This document shows, in pieces, positions 27,885 through 40,628 of a DNA stretch of 64,000 nucleotides (positions within the stretch are counted from its first letter, which is position 1; each line of letters opens with the position of its first letter). Made by a program: the position numbers and the translations under genes. The notes beneath the pieces were generated by a model. It had not been told where the DNA came from and searched no databases. It worked only from the letters and a program-made list of their open reading frames with translations. Location: NCBI GenBank assembly GCA_051294375.1, contig CM119263.1:20550115-20614114 (forward strand), given 5' to 3'. The DNA comes from Paraspadella gotoi. Its lineage: Eukaryota; Animalia; Chaetognatha.

Positions 27885-27909
27885 GGAGAGAGAGAGAGAG
27901 AGAGAGAGA

Positions 27910-27981
<72 letters not shown>
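27885..27981. repeat. (GA)n microsatellite
   Basis: Directly visible. Confidence 0.95.
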
Positions 27982-27985
<4 letters not shown>

Positions 27986-30900
27986 GGAGTTGTTAAAGCG
28001 AAAGGGAATGAGAGACAACACCCTTTGACTTTTTTTCGATTTTATCTTAATAACTTTTAGTCAGTTTTTCTTTTGAAACTTTGCGTCAACTTGAAAAAAT
28101 AAAAAACTATTTTTAAATAGTTTTTTAACAAATAACCCCTAACAATATTTGAAGAACAGTTTTAATTTAACATTGAAAAAGTGAGAAGACCTCCGGACGA
28201 CCTCGGTTGAAAAAGATTTATAGACGACCCCAAAAAATTTACGGATTGGGGGGGGGCAGAGTTAGAGCTTGGGAAAGGGAGAAAAAGAGAGAAGGGGGCG
28301 ATAGTGACCGCTTCGCCAAATTGCCATGTTCCATCGGGAATCCTTCAAATGGCACGCGACAGGTTGACAGGCGGGAAAGGAAATTTCTTCAGCCGAAAGT
28401 CGATATTGCCTGATTAATGGGAATTCATTTTGAGGCGAAATCGATAAAGTGAAAGTTCGTAGGAATTCGTGAATTTATATAATGTACGTTGCTGTGGTAA
28501 TTTATGGTTGTTCTACACGAATGTTTGCTTTTAAAACTTTCGCTGAAATAATTACCAGTTTTTTGCACATAATATCTAATGGAAATACGATTTTTTTCCT
28601 ATTAATATTTTGAATTGGCACAATTACCTCCTAATACTAAACTGCTATTAAATTATAACAATAAATTATTTTGTTTTTGAACAATATTTTACTGCACGCA
28701 AAGATTTTTTTTATAAATAAATTAGTAGTGCGACAGTAGGCGTTTGTTTTGTGAGCGGAGGTTGGCGAAATAACCGAAGGAATCTCTTAATCGTGATAAA
28801 TGCTCCCCATTTATTTGATCACGCTTCCCAAAAAGAAAGGGCGGAGGCTAAGGGTAAGTTATGACCCCGCAAAAAAGAAAGCAACACTGTCTCCTATAGA
28901 GTACCCAGAACTCAACTCGAAAGCTTTAGTCATGAGAAAATTTACATAGCATCACATTTTTCATTTAAAAACTAATGTTAAAAGAATTTTTTTTTTTTAA
29001 ATTAAACAAATCCGTTGACGGTTTGCAATTCTTCAACTAAAACGGATTGACGACCTAAAATCGGATCCCAAATACTTTCTATTTTTACATTCGCTCCGTT
29101 TTGTCCGTGACGTCTTTGGAAGGAAAGGGTCGAAGACTTTTGGCCATATCTCTTTCCAGCCGAGACCGTGATAAATCTTAGCTTCCGTCTTCGTCTTTTC
29201 TTTCTTTCTTTCTTCCTTTTTTTCCGCTCCTCTCTTCTCTTCCGTCTGTTCTCTCGCAAAAGATTCTTTTTTTGTTGGGGCAACTGTTGTTTTGTGCTAA
29301 AAAAATGGAGAAAACGTCTCTACAAACGGTCCATTGACCAAATGGAAATTAGGGATTTAGAAAATGTCTGATTTCCTCCTCTTGTTTTCGGGGTGGGTAA
29401 TAACGAACTCGGTTCTTTCCTGTTAATAATTAATCTTGTCCAGTTTTCTTGTCTATTCCCCCCCCCTTCCTCTGCCCCAGAGCCCCGGATCTTCGTGGGT
29501 AATGACCTCTATTCTCGAACCCCGTTATTTTTCACTCCTCCATACGCTTCTTTTTTTTTCCTCCCTCCGTTTTCTTCTTCTTTCCTTCTTCCTTCTTCCT
29601 CCTTCCTTCTTCTTCCTCAAGGTTCTGACCGCCGATTCGCTGACCAAAATCAAGGCGCAAATCCTTTTCCTTTCTTTCCTCCTTTTTTTTTCTGTATGGA
29701 AAAGCGATTTTTTTTTGGCGAACGCTTTTTCTCATTGTAATCTATTTTTTACTCCTTCACAAATATTTGTATTTTTCTTATAAAATAAATACAATTATAC
29801 ATACAGTGATTCACCCTTTATCATCGCTCGAGAATAATCTTAATAGTTTCCGCACTTATGTGGCAGGAATAACAATTGTAGATAATTAGATCTAATATAA
29901 TTGATTAGCCTTTATTTAAAGCCATCGGTTGGAAAACAATCGTTAATTTAAAAGTACTCTTAAGCAAGTCTTGACCTCTAAAAATAAAGGAGACAATTTT
30001 GTTAAACAACCAGTGAATATTTTGATTTAAAAGCGAATGAAATCGCGCAAAATAACCTTGGAATGCGGTTTAAAATACTTTAGAAAATTACACCGGGGCA
30101 ATCCAATCCATTTTTTATTCGTAGCTGTTATTTTCATTATTTAAAAGAAATAACAGATTACAAAGTTCTTTTTTGTTTTGTAAGATCTTCGGAAAATTTA
30201 GAAATAAAATTCTACAACGAAGAAAAATGTAACTATGACTGTACCTTTATACAAATAATTTTTCGTGGTACGATATAATTATATGAGTCAAAATGTTGGA
30301 AACAAGCCAAACACGGCCTTAATTATTACAAGACTATTTTCAACCTATTTTCAACCAATACTATTATGGCCGTAAACCGTTCACCAAAGAAATTTAAATT
30401 GAATTACGCATAAAGAAGTAGTTTTTTACTACTTGAGAAAAGACGGCGAGAATTTTAATTCACCAAAAAAACGATCTCGGAATCCGTCAATGCGTTGACA
30501 ACTGAGAAGAACTAATACATCCATCTAACTTAGAGATTTAATTTGTTAGAAACAATTAAATTTAAACACTTATTTACTGTTTGAAAACAAGTTTTTAATT
30601 TAGTTATATTTAAACGCAATAAAATTAAATAAAATTCAATTAGCTTTTTAAATTTTGATACATAAATTTTTTTAAGGATTATTTTGTCTATCTTGTTTCC
30701 CAACAAAGTCTCAAATCTGTAGACTTTTCCGTCGTTCAAAGCTCAGAACCACCGATTATTCGAGCTATTCAAAAAGAAGAGCCTTAAATAGTTCCCTTAG
30801 CCACAGAGCAGCGACTAGCGTCCAACAAAGTATATTCGGCTATTTTTGAAATATTAAACTTTAACATTCGAGATGACTGTTTCACTTTGGAAAAGATTGC

Positions 30901-32360
30901 AATTCGAAAAAAGTAAGTGAAATAAAGACGAGCAAAAATCTTTTTGTTGCAGTTAACAAGGGAATTATTTTTTTTCAAAATATTTTTTTAACAGTTTGTA
31001 AATATAAGATAATAACAAAAACATATGAATTTCAATATTTCAAATTATTAGTAAATGGAAATATATAGTCTATTTTTCATTCAATCTGTAATCGAGACTG
31101 CAGTGTACAAAATTAACTGATTCACCCCGGGTAAAAAAAACTTTTTTATCGCATCGAACGAGAATCACCTCATTTCATCTTTTTCAATACGAGGAGATTA
31201 AATGGAAAAACATCAGACATCCAGGGGACTGATTGTTAGGGGAAAAACCGGATAACTCCGGAATTGAAATCTTTAAAGCTAGACAACAATCATAACGAAA
31301 TATTTCTCAAAGATAATTTAAAAAAATATTAACCAATGTTTTTTAATAAAAGAAAATTTCTAAAAATAATTGACGCAACATTAAGAACTCTATGAGAGAA
31401 AGAAAAAATTAGGAATTGATATATTTCCCATTTGTTGGTTTCTTTAAATCAATATATCATTACTTCAATTATTATTTAATTTTTTAAGATCTTTCGTTTC
31501 CTCACATATCGTTTCATTTTTTTATTATTCATTTATTTTTTATTCATTCTATTAATTATTAATTTTTTAAAACTTTTCACTTCTTCAGAGTTTATTAATA
31601 GATTCTTTAATTTCTTCATTTATTCCAACAAATATCCTCACATTTTGTTTTATTTAATTATTAATTCATTTATTCATTCTTTATTTTCTTTATTCATTAC
31701 TTCATCTCACATTGTTTCATTTCATTATTCATTAATTAATTTCTGTATTTTTTTAATTTCTTCATTCTTTCTTTCACTCCATCATTCATTCTTTCCACCT
31801 TTCTTTCACTCCATCATTCATTCTTTCACCCTTTCTTTCACTCCATCATTCATTCTTTCCTCTTTCTTTCTTTCCTTCTCTTTCTCCCTTTCTCTCGCCG
31901 ATTCGTTTCGTGGATTTTTTTCCCCTCCGTCGCCGCGATCAACTTTCGTTCGGACGCGGCCGTCTTTTAAAAACCCACCGACGGCATCGCGGCTTTTAAT
32001 TTTTCCCCTCCCCATTTTTTTTTAAAGCGACGCAAAAATAACAAACGCAATAACATCGGTTTTGATAGACTTATTAAAAAATAATTTAAAAATAATAAGT
32101 ATCCTACAATTCCAATAGAACCACTCATGACCCTCAGTTTAGCTCTAAGATCTCAATAATCTCGTTCGCCCACGATAGTCCTAAACGTCCGTCCGTCCGT
32201 CCAACGAGACTTTAAACAAACGTTGGCTCCCAAAATTTTCCGTCATATCAATCGCTGCGTGGCAAAACAAAAAAACTTTTAACGACTTTATAAATATAAA
32301 TCGAAAACGAAGACCCTTTTGTTTTTTGTTTTTTTCGTCATCCTGTGTTCGACCTAGAGA

Positions 32361-35300
32361 ATGAGCCTGACCGTCACGTCAATCGTCACCGTCGCCACCA
32401 TCGCCGCCGCCCTCTATTTCAGCGTCGCGGGAGCCGAGGACAACATCGACGCCCCCGGCGGCGAATCTCGCGGGAAGATGGCGTCGGTGCGCGGGAAACG
32501 AGCGGCGATTCTGGCGGGACATCGACAAAAGCGTCAGACTCTATCGATCCTTCCGGGTAAAGGATGATGAAATATAAATCATTCATTATTCATATTCATT
32601 ATCATAGGCCAGGTTTTTACGTTATATCCTTTGCGATAGTCAGAAAAATTGCCCTAATAAGTAATAACATCAACACAATGAAGAGACATCAATATGTAAA
32701 CCATCGATACTGGTTTAGTGGGGTTGGAAATCGAAAAACGAAACAACTCTGCTTTTGCAATTTACTAACGCGATGTAATACTGACGTTTAACTTTTTAGT
32801 CTTCTCAGACTAAACAGAGGTTTTACTTTTAGAGAAAAAAACTTGCCAAGTTTCGCCGGGAAACGAGACAAGTACGATGTATAAAAAACGCCCTAAGCAC
32901 AAAGCCTAAAACTTTTAAATAGAGAAAAAAAGAGGGAGACCATATGGCAGAGACCTTCATTTAATCACGGCTAGAAGGAATTCTTTTTCTTTTGAATTAA
33001 AACTTTTTTTAAAATTTAATATAAAATTACATCAACCGAGATTCAAATTGTCTACCTATTTAAAGAATTTCTGAGAAATAAATCGAATAATGAACTTGAT
33101 AAATCGATCGTAAATCAAACAATACAACAACAATAATATATTTGCTATATATATATATATATAGATGCTCCCTCTATTTCCAGAAGACAACACTGACTTC
33201 CCCTTCCCAAATTGAATTATTAGATAAATAAAACATTTTTAAAAAAGAAAGTGATATATATTTGTTTAAATAATATAGATTAAATACTAAATCCTTCATA
33301 AAATATAAAAATAGAAAATAGTGAAACAAGTAATTTGCAAATTTTCATATTTATAACTACGACATCTGGTTAAAAAACTAGATACATTGTTTAGAGAATA
33401 TATAAATTACTAAATAAAATACACCTTAGGTAAATTAGGTGAGAGCTGCTTACTTTTGAAGAAGCTGTTAAGAGATAGCGCCGAAAAGGGTTTTCGATCT
33501 AATTCCCCACTGGGCCACTGGGTTAGTAGGACGTTTTCCCAGGGTGCTAACAATCATCCTCCCACCGACGTGTGAGTCGGAGAAGTTTACATAAATAAAA
33601 AAAAAAGTTCCCATCGTTAAACTTGATAGGCGCGCTCCTAAACGGAAACAAGGTTTACGCAATAAATCTGGTACGAGGTATATAGAAGATCGATCATCGA
33701 TTATCATTATCAAATACTTAGACTTCAGTTATCAAGTGCATTTGAAATAATTAGTATATTTTGGTGGATTAAAGTCCACCTGCCTCTCGGAGCGGTCATT
33801 GAGGCCGGAGTCAAATCGTACTCCTCCTCAACCCAAATGGTCCAGGGTTCTTGCCCGAAAGCCGCCAAGGAGTTAAGTGGGACGGGACGATTAACCTGCC
33901 AGTAGCAGTGAGGAATAACCTGATCCGAAGCTAATGGAATAAGGTCCGTGTACTCAATAATTTAGTACTGTATTTATACCGAGAGTATTTTTTTTTTGCA
34001 TTGATCGCTTACAAAGTTACGGTCATTCGCTTTTGGCTATCAACAATCATAACGACACATCAATTTAGATCCATTATCTGGCTACTTATTGCTGTCTTTT
34101 AAACCTTTTTGTCTGACATCACCGAAAACAAAAGGCTGTCGAGAGGGAGGTTCGGGGATACAAAGGCAAAGGAAGAAGAGGGTACATTTCGTGTCTTTCT
34201 TCGATGACTGATTGGAAAAAAAAAGTGGCCCGCGGCGGAGAAGAAGATCCTAACACTTGACACTTAATAAATCTTCGAAAGAAGAAAAATTGAGCGGCGG
34301 CCCACCCGATATACACCGGAATTGAAAACATCAGGAAGCTTTGTAAAAGTTCTCAAAGATGGCGCGAAACACCATCAATCATAATTTATTAATGAGTGAA
34401 CGTTTGACAATCGGATGAGAAAACGAGAAGTTTCCTAAAATAAAAAAAATTAAGCAGGGAGAGGAAACTTAACTGGTCATAAATGTTTAATTAATTATTA
34501 ACTAATGAAAGAGCGAGATTAACTCGGTTGCGGTCGGTCAAAGTAAAAGTATGCCCGACCACTTAGGGACGAAATGGTGCGGAAAAGGGAATCGCGCGGA
34601 ACACGACGAGGATCTTGGCAGTCATCCCGTCGAAGATAGTTGCTGCAGGGATCACGACAAATGCTACGACTACATCATCGCCGGCTTCACGAGAACATTT
34701 AGAACATCAACTAACGTGACCTACAACATCACCAACGAGCACTTCTACACGATGTAAGATTCAAAGTAATAGGAATCATTACAATCATTAGCCAATAGCC
34801 ATTGATCGATATAACCATTAGGGTGGAGTGATGAAAAGATTCAGCGATGGAACAATGTTTTTTTGCTGCCTTTGTATATGTAATAACAAATAATTAAGCC
34901 CTTTTTTAAAAAAAATTTGCATAACAGTATCATTAATTAAATTTTTTTTATAATAATATCCTTATAAAATCATAAAATTTCAAAATCATATTTTTTTAAT
35001 TTCAGGATTCGCTGGAAAAAACTGAAAACTTTTGTAAAATATGTTACATGATAGTTTTAGGTTAAAGCTGCGAAAAATGACTAAAACGTTTTATCATATA
35101 ATTAGAGATGCGCATCGTTCGAATCGAAGCTCCGATCAAGATTCCTTTATAATAGTTTCTACTGCAAAATGTAAAAAAGTAGAGAATTTGACCTTTTTTT
35201 CCTATTTTTGATGTTGAAAACATTAAAATTTTTAGTCGGGTCTGCTTATCAGCAGATCCCGACTCTATAATTCACTTTGTCGGTCCGTCGGTCCGCCCCA

Positions 35301-38300
35301 TCAATATTGTCGGGCACTAACTTATATCATGTCAGAACATCGAATTATAATAAATTATGCAAAAAAAATGATGTCCGTCCGTCCGTCCGTCCGTCCCACC
35401 TTAGCAAAAAACACCAATTACTCGTGATTGGATGAATGGATTTGAATAAAATTTTGTGTGTGGGTAGGGAAGTGTGTGATTGAGCAGGATATAAAGTTTC
35501 GATGGAATCGTCCAAGTGGAAATGAGTTTAAATTTAATTCACTATTTGAACATCAATTGCTCATGAGTGGATGGGACGATTGACCTGGAATTTTGATGTG
35601 AGTAGGAAAGTGTGTGATTGAACAGGAAACCAAGTTTCGATGGAATCGTTTGAGTGGAAATGAGTTTAAATGGAAAAAACAAAAAACCTGTTTCATTAAT
35701 TGATAAATAAATCAAATAATTAATCAGTTAATTAATCAATTAGTCAATTAATTAATCACTAATTAATTAATCAGTCAATCAATCCGTCCATCCGTCCCAC
35801 CTTAGCAAAAAGCCCCAATAACTCATGATTGGCTGGTTGGATCGGAATGAAATTTTGTGTATGGGTAGGAACATGTGCGATAAAGCTGGATATAAAGTTT
35901 CGATGGAATCGTGTGAGTGGAAATGAGTTTAAGTGGAAAAAACATAAGTCGCATTTACTAAAATCTTTTTACTTATTTTAACCAATAAATACTTTAATTA
36001 ATCATAATTGGATGGATAGATTGAGTTCAAATTTTGTGTGTGGGTAGGAAAATGTGTGACGAAGCTTGATATAAAGTTTCGGTACGAGTGGAAATGAGTT
36101 TAAATGAAAAAAATATGAGTTACATTTACTTGACTCTTTTTACTTATTGAGATAAAATTTTGTGAGCGGGAAGGAAAGTTTGTGAAGAAGCTAGATATAA
36201 AGTTTTGACGGAATTGTGCAAGTGGAAATGAGTTTAAATGGAAAAAATATAAGTTACATTTACTTTATTTTAAGGACATCGATGATGATAAGCTGTATAT
36301 AAATTTATAATTAATTATTAAATATTAAAATTAATTAATTAATTTTCGTAGGCAGATCCGACATTGTTTGCTCAAACTTATTAATAACATATTTTTATAT
36401 TTTTGATTTAACTTTTTATGAAAAATCAGAATCTGAAGAGACAATAATTATTGTTATATGTTAATTACAGAACCGTTCAATATAAGCAGTCCCTGAGCTT
36501 CGGATCAGGCAGTAACACCATGTTACAACCCTCTTAACTGCTAGGCGGCCACCGGGCTAGAACCCCAGACCTTTGGGTTAGGAGGCGAATGACTTGCCTC
36601 CGGCACCAATGGCCGCTGATGAACGGTTAGTGGATTTTAGTCCACCATAAATCTTTAATAAAAATTTTTAAAAAATTATTTTGAAAATTTATGATTTTAT
36701 AAGGATATTATATAAATATATTGTAATTAATGATACTGTTCCTCAAACAATATAAGCAAAATATTTTTTTACTTCTTAATCATACTATCTCACGTTTAAA
36801 TATCCTTGTTTGTTCACTCAAATAAAATTTATGTTCCCCAGTGCTCCACTCTAATAACCATATTAACCAATGCCAGATCGAATTGCGAATGTGACGAGGC
36901 TTTCATGAAATGTCTGCACGACGTGGGATCTCCCAAGGCAGACGAAATTGGATATTGGTTCTTCAACTGGTTTCATCCATTCTGCCTCGCCTATGATCAT
37001 CCTCGAGTGTGCGTTCAAAGGTAAAATTAAATGTAAAATTAAATGCAATAATAAAAAACAATATAAATCAGTTATGCTGGGCAAGCCAAGCAGGAATTTT
37101 AGATCACTGCGAGTTACTTTTTACTCGGAAGTTATTCGACCGTAGCATGATCGAAAGCCCTCTTTAACGTTTAAATATTTTAATGTAGTTCAAAAAAATT
37201 TTAAAAAAATAAAAAATAACGAACCACCTACACAAGAGACAAAAAGAGAACAACTGCTCCAGAGCTCGAGAAACCTCCCCAGGGTCCGAAATTTATCGGG
37301 AAAAAAATTAAAGAAACTTAGTACAAACAAGGAGAAAGGGAAGGCGAACAAAACTAGACTGATAATTGTAAATCACTTTAATGATTTACTTACCCCCCGA
37401 AATTGTACCATTTTTTCCTTTTTCTTTTTAATTTTGTTTTTTTTTTGTTCCAGTTACTTAATTTTTTTTCTCTCTTACTAGAATTTGTCTCTTACTTTCT
37501 CTACTATGAGCATTTTCCCTTTAGTTTCTATAGAAATTTGCTCTTCTGTCTGCGCCCACTAGATCTTCACTTGCATTGATTTACACAAAATAACAAATTT
37601 TTATATGTTTTAATCTTAATAAACCAGATCGCTATACAAACAAAGGAGCATTTCTAAAAACAAAATAGCAATAAAATTTAATTTAAGTACATCCACCAAA
37701 AATCTTAATATTTAAAAAAAAAAAGTCCCATTAAAACTTTTTAGTATTTTTACCATATTTTACTAAAAGGCTATAAAAAAGAACTTTTAAAATAAATTTT
37801 AACTGCACCCACTAGATCTTCATCTGCACCTGCTCTTCAACAAAATAACAATTATTTTTATAATTTTTTATTATTTTAAATCTTTTAAAAATTATTTTTT
37901 TGATATTTTTTAATAAATATTTTTTCCTTATTCTATTTTATTCTATTTCTTATTCTATGTTTTGATAAAATCATTTTAATCATATAAAATAATATTATAA
38001 TTTATAAAATGATATTAGTGCTACAGTAACAGTTCAGTTTAAGCCCTTGAAAGTGATTTACAGCCACTGGTTATCCATTCGCTCTCACGTCTCAGCTAAG
38101 GATTTTATACATCATATAAAAGTCAGGGTCAGTAATTGCGAATATTTCAAGACACTCCCTAGAATTTTTACGAGTTCATAAATAGAATAAGCCCATGACA
38201 AAAAAATTAAAAAATTAAAAAAAATGTTATATTTTCCAATTGAGGTCAATCAAATTTTCTTCTCGAAACTTCTCGCTTTTACTTTTTTCTTTGGTTTTTT

Positions 38301-39471
38301 TTTTATGCTTTCTTTTAAAGTTTTTTTCCGCTTATGTCTCCATTTTTTTCCCCCCTGACAGCTATAATAATAAAATCGGAACTAAAAAAAAAAAGGATCG
38401 ACGTTTCAAGTGTTATTTATTTTTTTTCTTTTCTAGTAAATGCAATTAATTTATTCTTTACCCCCCTTCCTTCCCTACCACTCCCCCCTCGAAACAGAAT
38501 GTTCTTGTACTGGGGCCCGTGCAGCCGGGAGGAACCGGACACTTCGGCGGAAAAGAGGTGGTTCCTCAAAGAGTCCGACTACTACTACGCGGAGAAGGAA
38601 AAGACGAGAAAGAACTGCACTCGGGGCAACGATTTGCTCGATGACTGCGACAACAACGAAATAGATTTTGAGAGGTAAGAAGGGGGTAAGAAGAAATTGG
38701 GGGGCGGGTGGAAAGATTATTCAAACTATTGGCGAAGAGGCTTAGCGACGATTGCTGTGCCTTTATTTTCGTAAGAGGATTAAATTTAAATTTAAAAATT
38801 CCAAAATAATGATTTGTAATTATAATTATAATAATAATAATTATAATTCACCCCTTTGCAGCTTTCTTCCTGCAACGGTTGACCAGGGTCTTGGGCAAGA
38901 GACGAGCCCGCAGTGGGACATCATAAACGAGCCCGAAACCCAAACGACGCCGCAAAGACCGACGACGATGTCGATTATATCGTCCACGACGCCGCCAGAG
39001 ACACCGACCACGACTCCGCGGACATCGACGTTGTCGCAAAAACCGACGACTTTACAGCAGAGATCGACGACGATGCCGCCGAGGCCGAGAGAGTCGACCG
39101 AGAGATCGACGACGACAGAAACGACGCGCCCACGCCAAGACGACGACGATCTCGCGTGGACGAGCGAAATCCCGGAGACAAAGGTGCCCAAGAAAATCTC
39201 GACGGAGACGCCGTGGAAACAAACCAAGGCGGACTCGAGCTTCAACTCTGTCCTCCCTGGCGGCGGCAAAATCCCCCGTCTGGCCACCAAAATCCTTTCC
39301 AAAGACTCGACGAAACAGTGGAATGCGACAGGGCACTCTCCTTCGCCGCCATCCCTCGGCGGGAACAGAACCAACTCTTCCTCCACCGCGTCTACCGGCG
39401 CCACGCGGCGAATATCGAACGGATTCCCCATATTGTTCGTTGCTCTTCTGTTGCCGGCCTTCGTTCTTTGA
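32361..39471 (+). CDS. Group III secreted phospholipase A2 (bee-venom type) with propeptide, mucin-like stalk and hydrophobic C-terminus. Exons 32361-32556, 34567-34753, 36877-37020, 38498-38674, 38862-39471
   Basis: Signal peptide and furin site RQKR. Ca-loop ILPGTKWCGKGN, catalytic DSCCRDHDKC and SNCECDEAFMKCL. All four introns are GT-AG with matching phases (1, 2, 2, 2). Confidence 0.9.
33763..33985 (-). mobile_element. Diverged relative of the hairpin/tRNA-core element (copy 3, opposite strand)
   Basis: Same GGTGGA-N6-TCCACC hairpin and alignable core (CAACCCAAA(T)GGTCC...AGTTAAG.GGGACGGG...CCGAAGCT), but a different IR pair, CTCTCGG/CCGAGAG. Confidence 0.6.
35234..36379 (+). mobile_element. 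HINE family A, apparently full length, with internal tandem repeats
   Basis: 5' AGTCGGGTCTGC...GCAGATCCCGAC IR and (GTCC)n. About 5 tandem units containing GGGTAGGAA...GTGGAAATGAGTTTAAAT. 3' subterminal GCAGATCCGAC plus stem-loop. Inserted in a T-run. This is DINE-1 architecture. Confidence 0.82.
36467..36650 (+). mobile_element. Hairpin/tRNA-core element (copy 2)
   Basis: Near-identical to 14294-14495, with an internal deletion of about 20 bp. Confidence 0.7.
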
Positions 39472-40628
39472 CACGACTCTACGAGTTACTTTGTTTTCCG
39501 TTGACTTTTATTAACATGAACAATTCTTGTTCTTCTGTTTTAATACAAATATATTCTTTATGGGTTATGATGCCTTTAGCCTAAAGTTTAGGTCATGAGG
39601 AGAAAATATGATCGATTTTGTTGAAAACAATTTAGATTTAGTTGACTAAAGTTATTACTAACTCGGAGAAAAGATCAAATATTGAATTATCATTATGGCC
39701 GTTTATCGAGACCATATTACATGTACTTGGAGGTTGTTCCGTAATCAATTACCATATATCATCTCATTTCTTTAGTGACAAAAGCTGTAGCCATTTTTCA
39801 TTGCGCTGTCTTTACTTTTGCGTCGATTAAATACAGTGAAAGCCCCGAAGCTTGTCAAGATTAATTTTTGTTAACGAGCTCACTTGACGTCATTAGAAAA
39901 TAAAGAACTGAGTGTAAGTCTCATTGCATCCCTGAAGTTTGATAGAAATCCTATACACTGAGGTGAACTTTAAATTTCAGTTAAACAAGCCCAAACTGTT
40001 TACTAATGATAAATACATAAATTTCTGACTAAAAAGAATTTATTCATAAATTAAATCAACAATAAACGAGTTACGATCGAAACATAGGTTACTTATCATA
40101 TCGAAGCCAAGAAAACGATTAGCAACGTCAATGAAGGCAAAGGGATGAGCAACACCGAATCAAAAATTTAAATTAGGTAATAAAAGGCAGAATCAAAAAT
40201 TAAATATTACAATAAATAAAAAAGAATTGCACAATGAGGGTGCAAATTAGAATCAGTTCGGTAAATATAAATAATGTTAAAGAATCTTCCATTTTACATT
40301 TCTCTTTTTTTTTTCAAATTGGTCCGACTTATTGCACAACGAACAAACTGACCAAATTTTCGATTTGCACTCAAGAAGCAGTTTTTCTTGGTTCGCGTTT
40401 GTCCTCCTCAAAATGACACCAAGGTATGAGGCAACGTTTAGGATAAAACAATATGTATACGACCATTAAGAAAAAATTTAAAACCGCTGGGAATCTTGAT
40501 AGTTTTACAGAAAATGTCAGTATTTGTGAATTTTCCATTTGTTAAAAAAATATGAAAACAAATATGCAGCTATCTATGTAGCTTAATTAAAACATTAGAC
40601 ATAACGCCTATGAAAGAGCCATGTCTCT

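Larger units (their letters stand above)
34923..36740. mobile_element. Older TIR (MITE-like) element hosting nested insertions in PLA2 intron 2
   Basis: About 75-bp imperfect inverted repeats (AACAGTATCATTAATTA...ATATCCTTATAAAATCATAAA versus TTTATGATTTTATAAGGATAT...TAATTAATGATACTGTT) enclose the HINE-A copy and copy 2 of the hairpin element. Confidence 0.5.

Noticed and set aside
33500-33590. GC-rich stem-loop-forming segment considered as an HDV-like or twister ribozyme
   Set aside because: I could not assign the required pseudoknot or conserved catalytic residues by eye.
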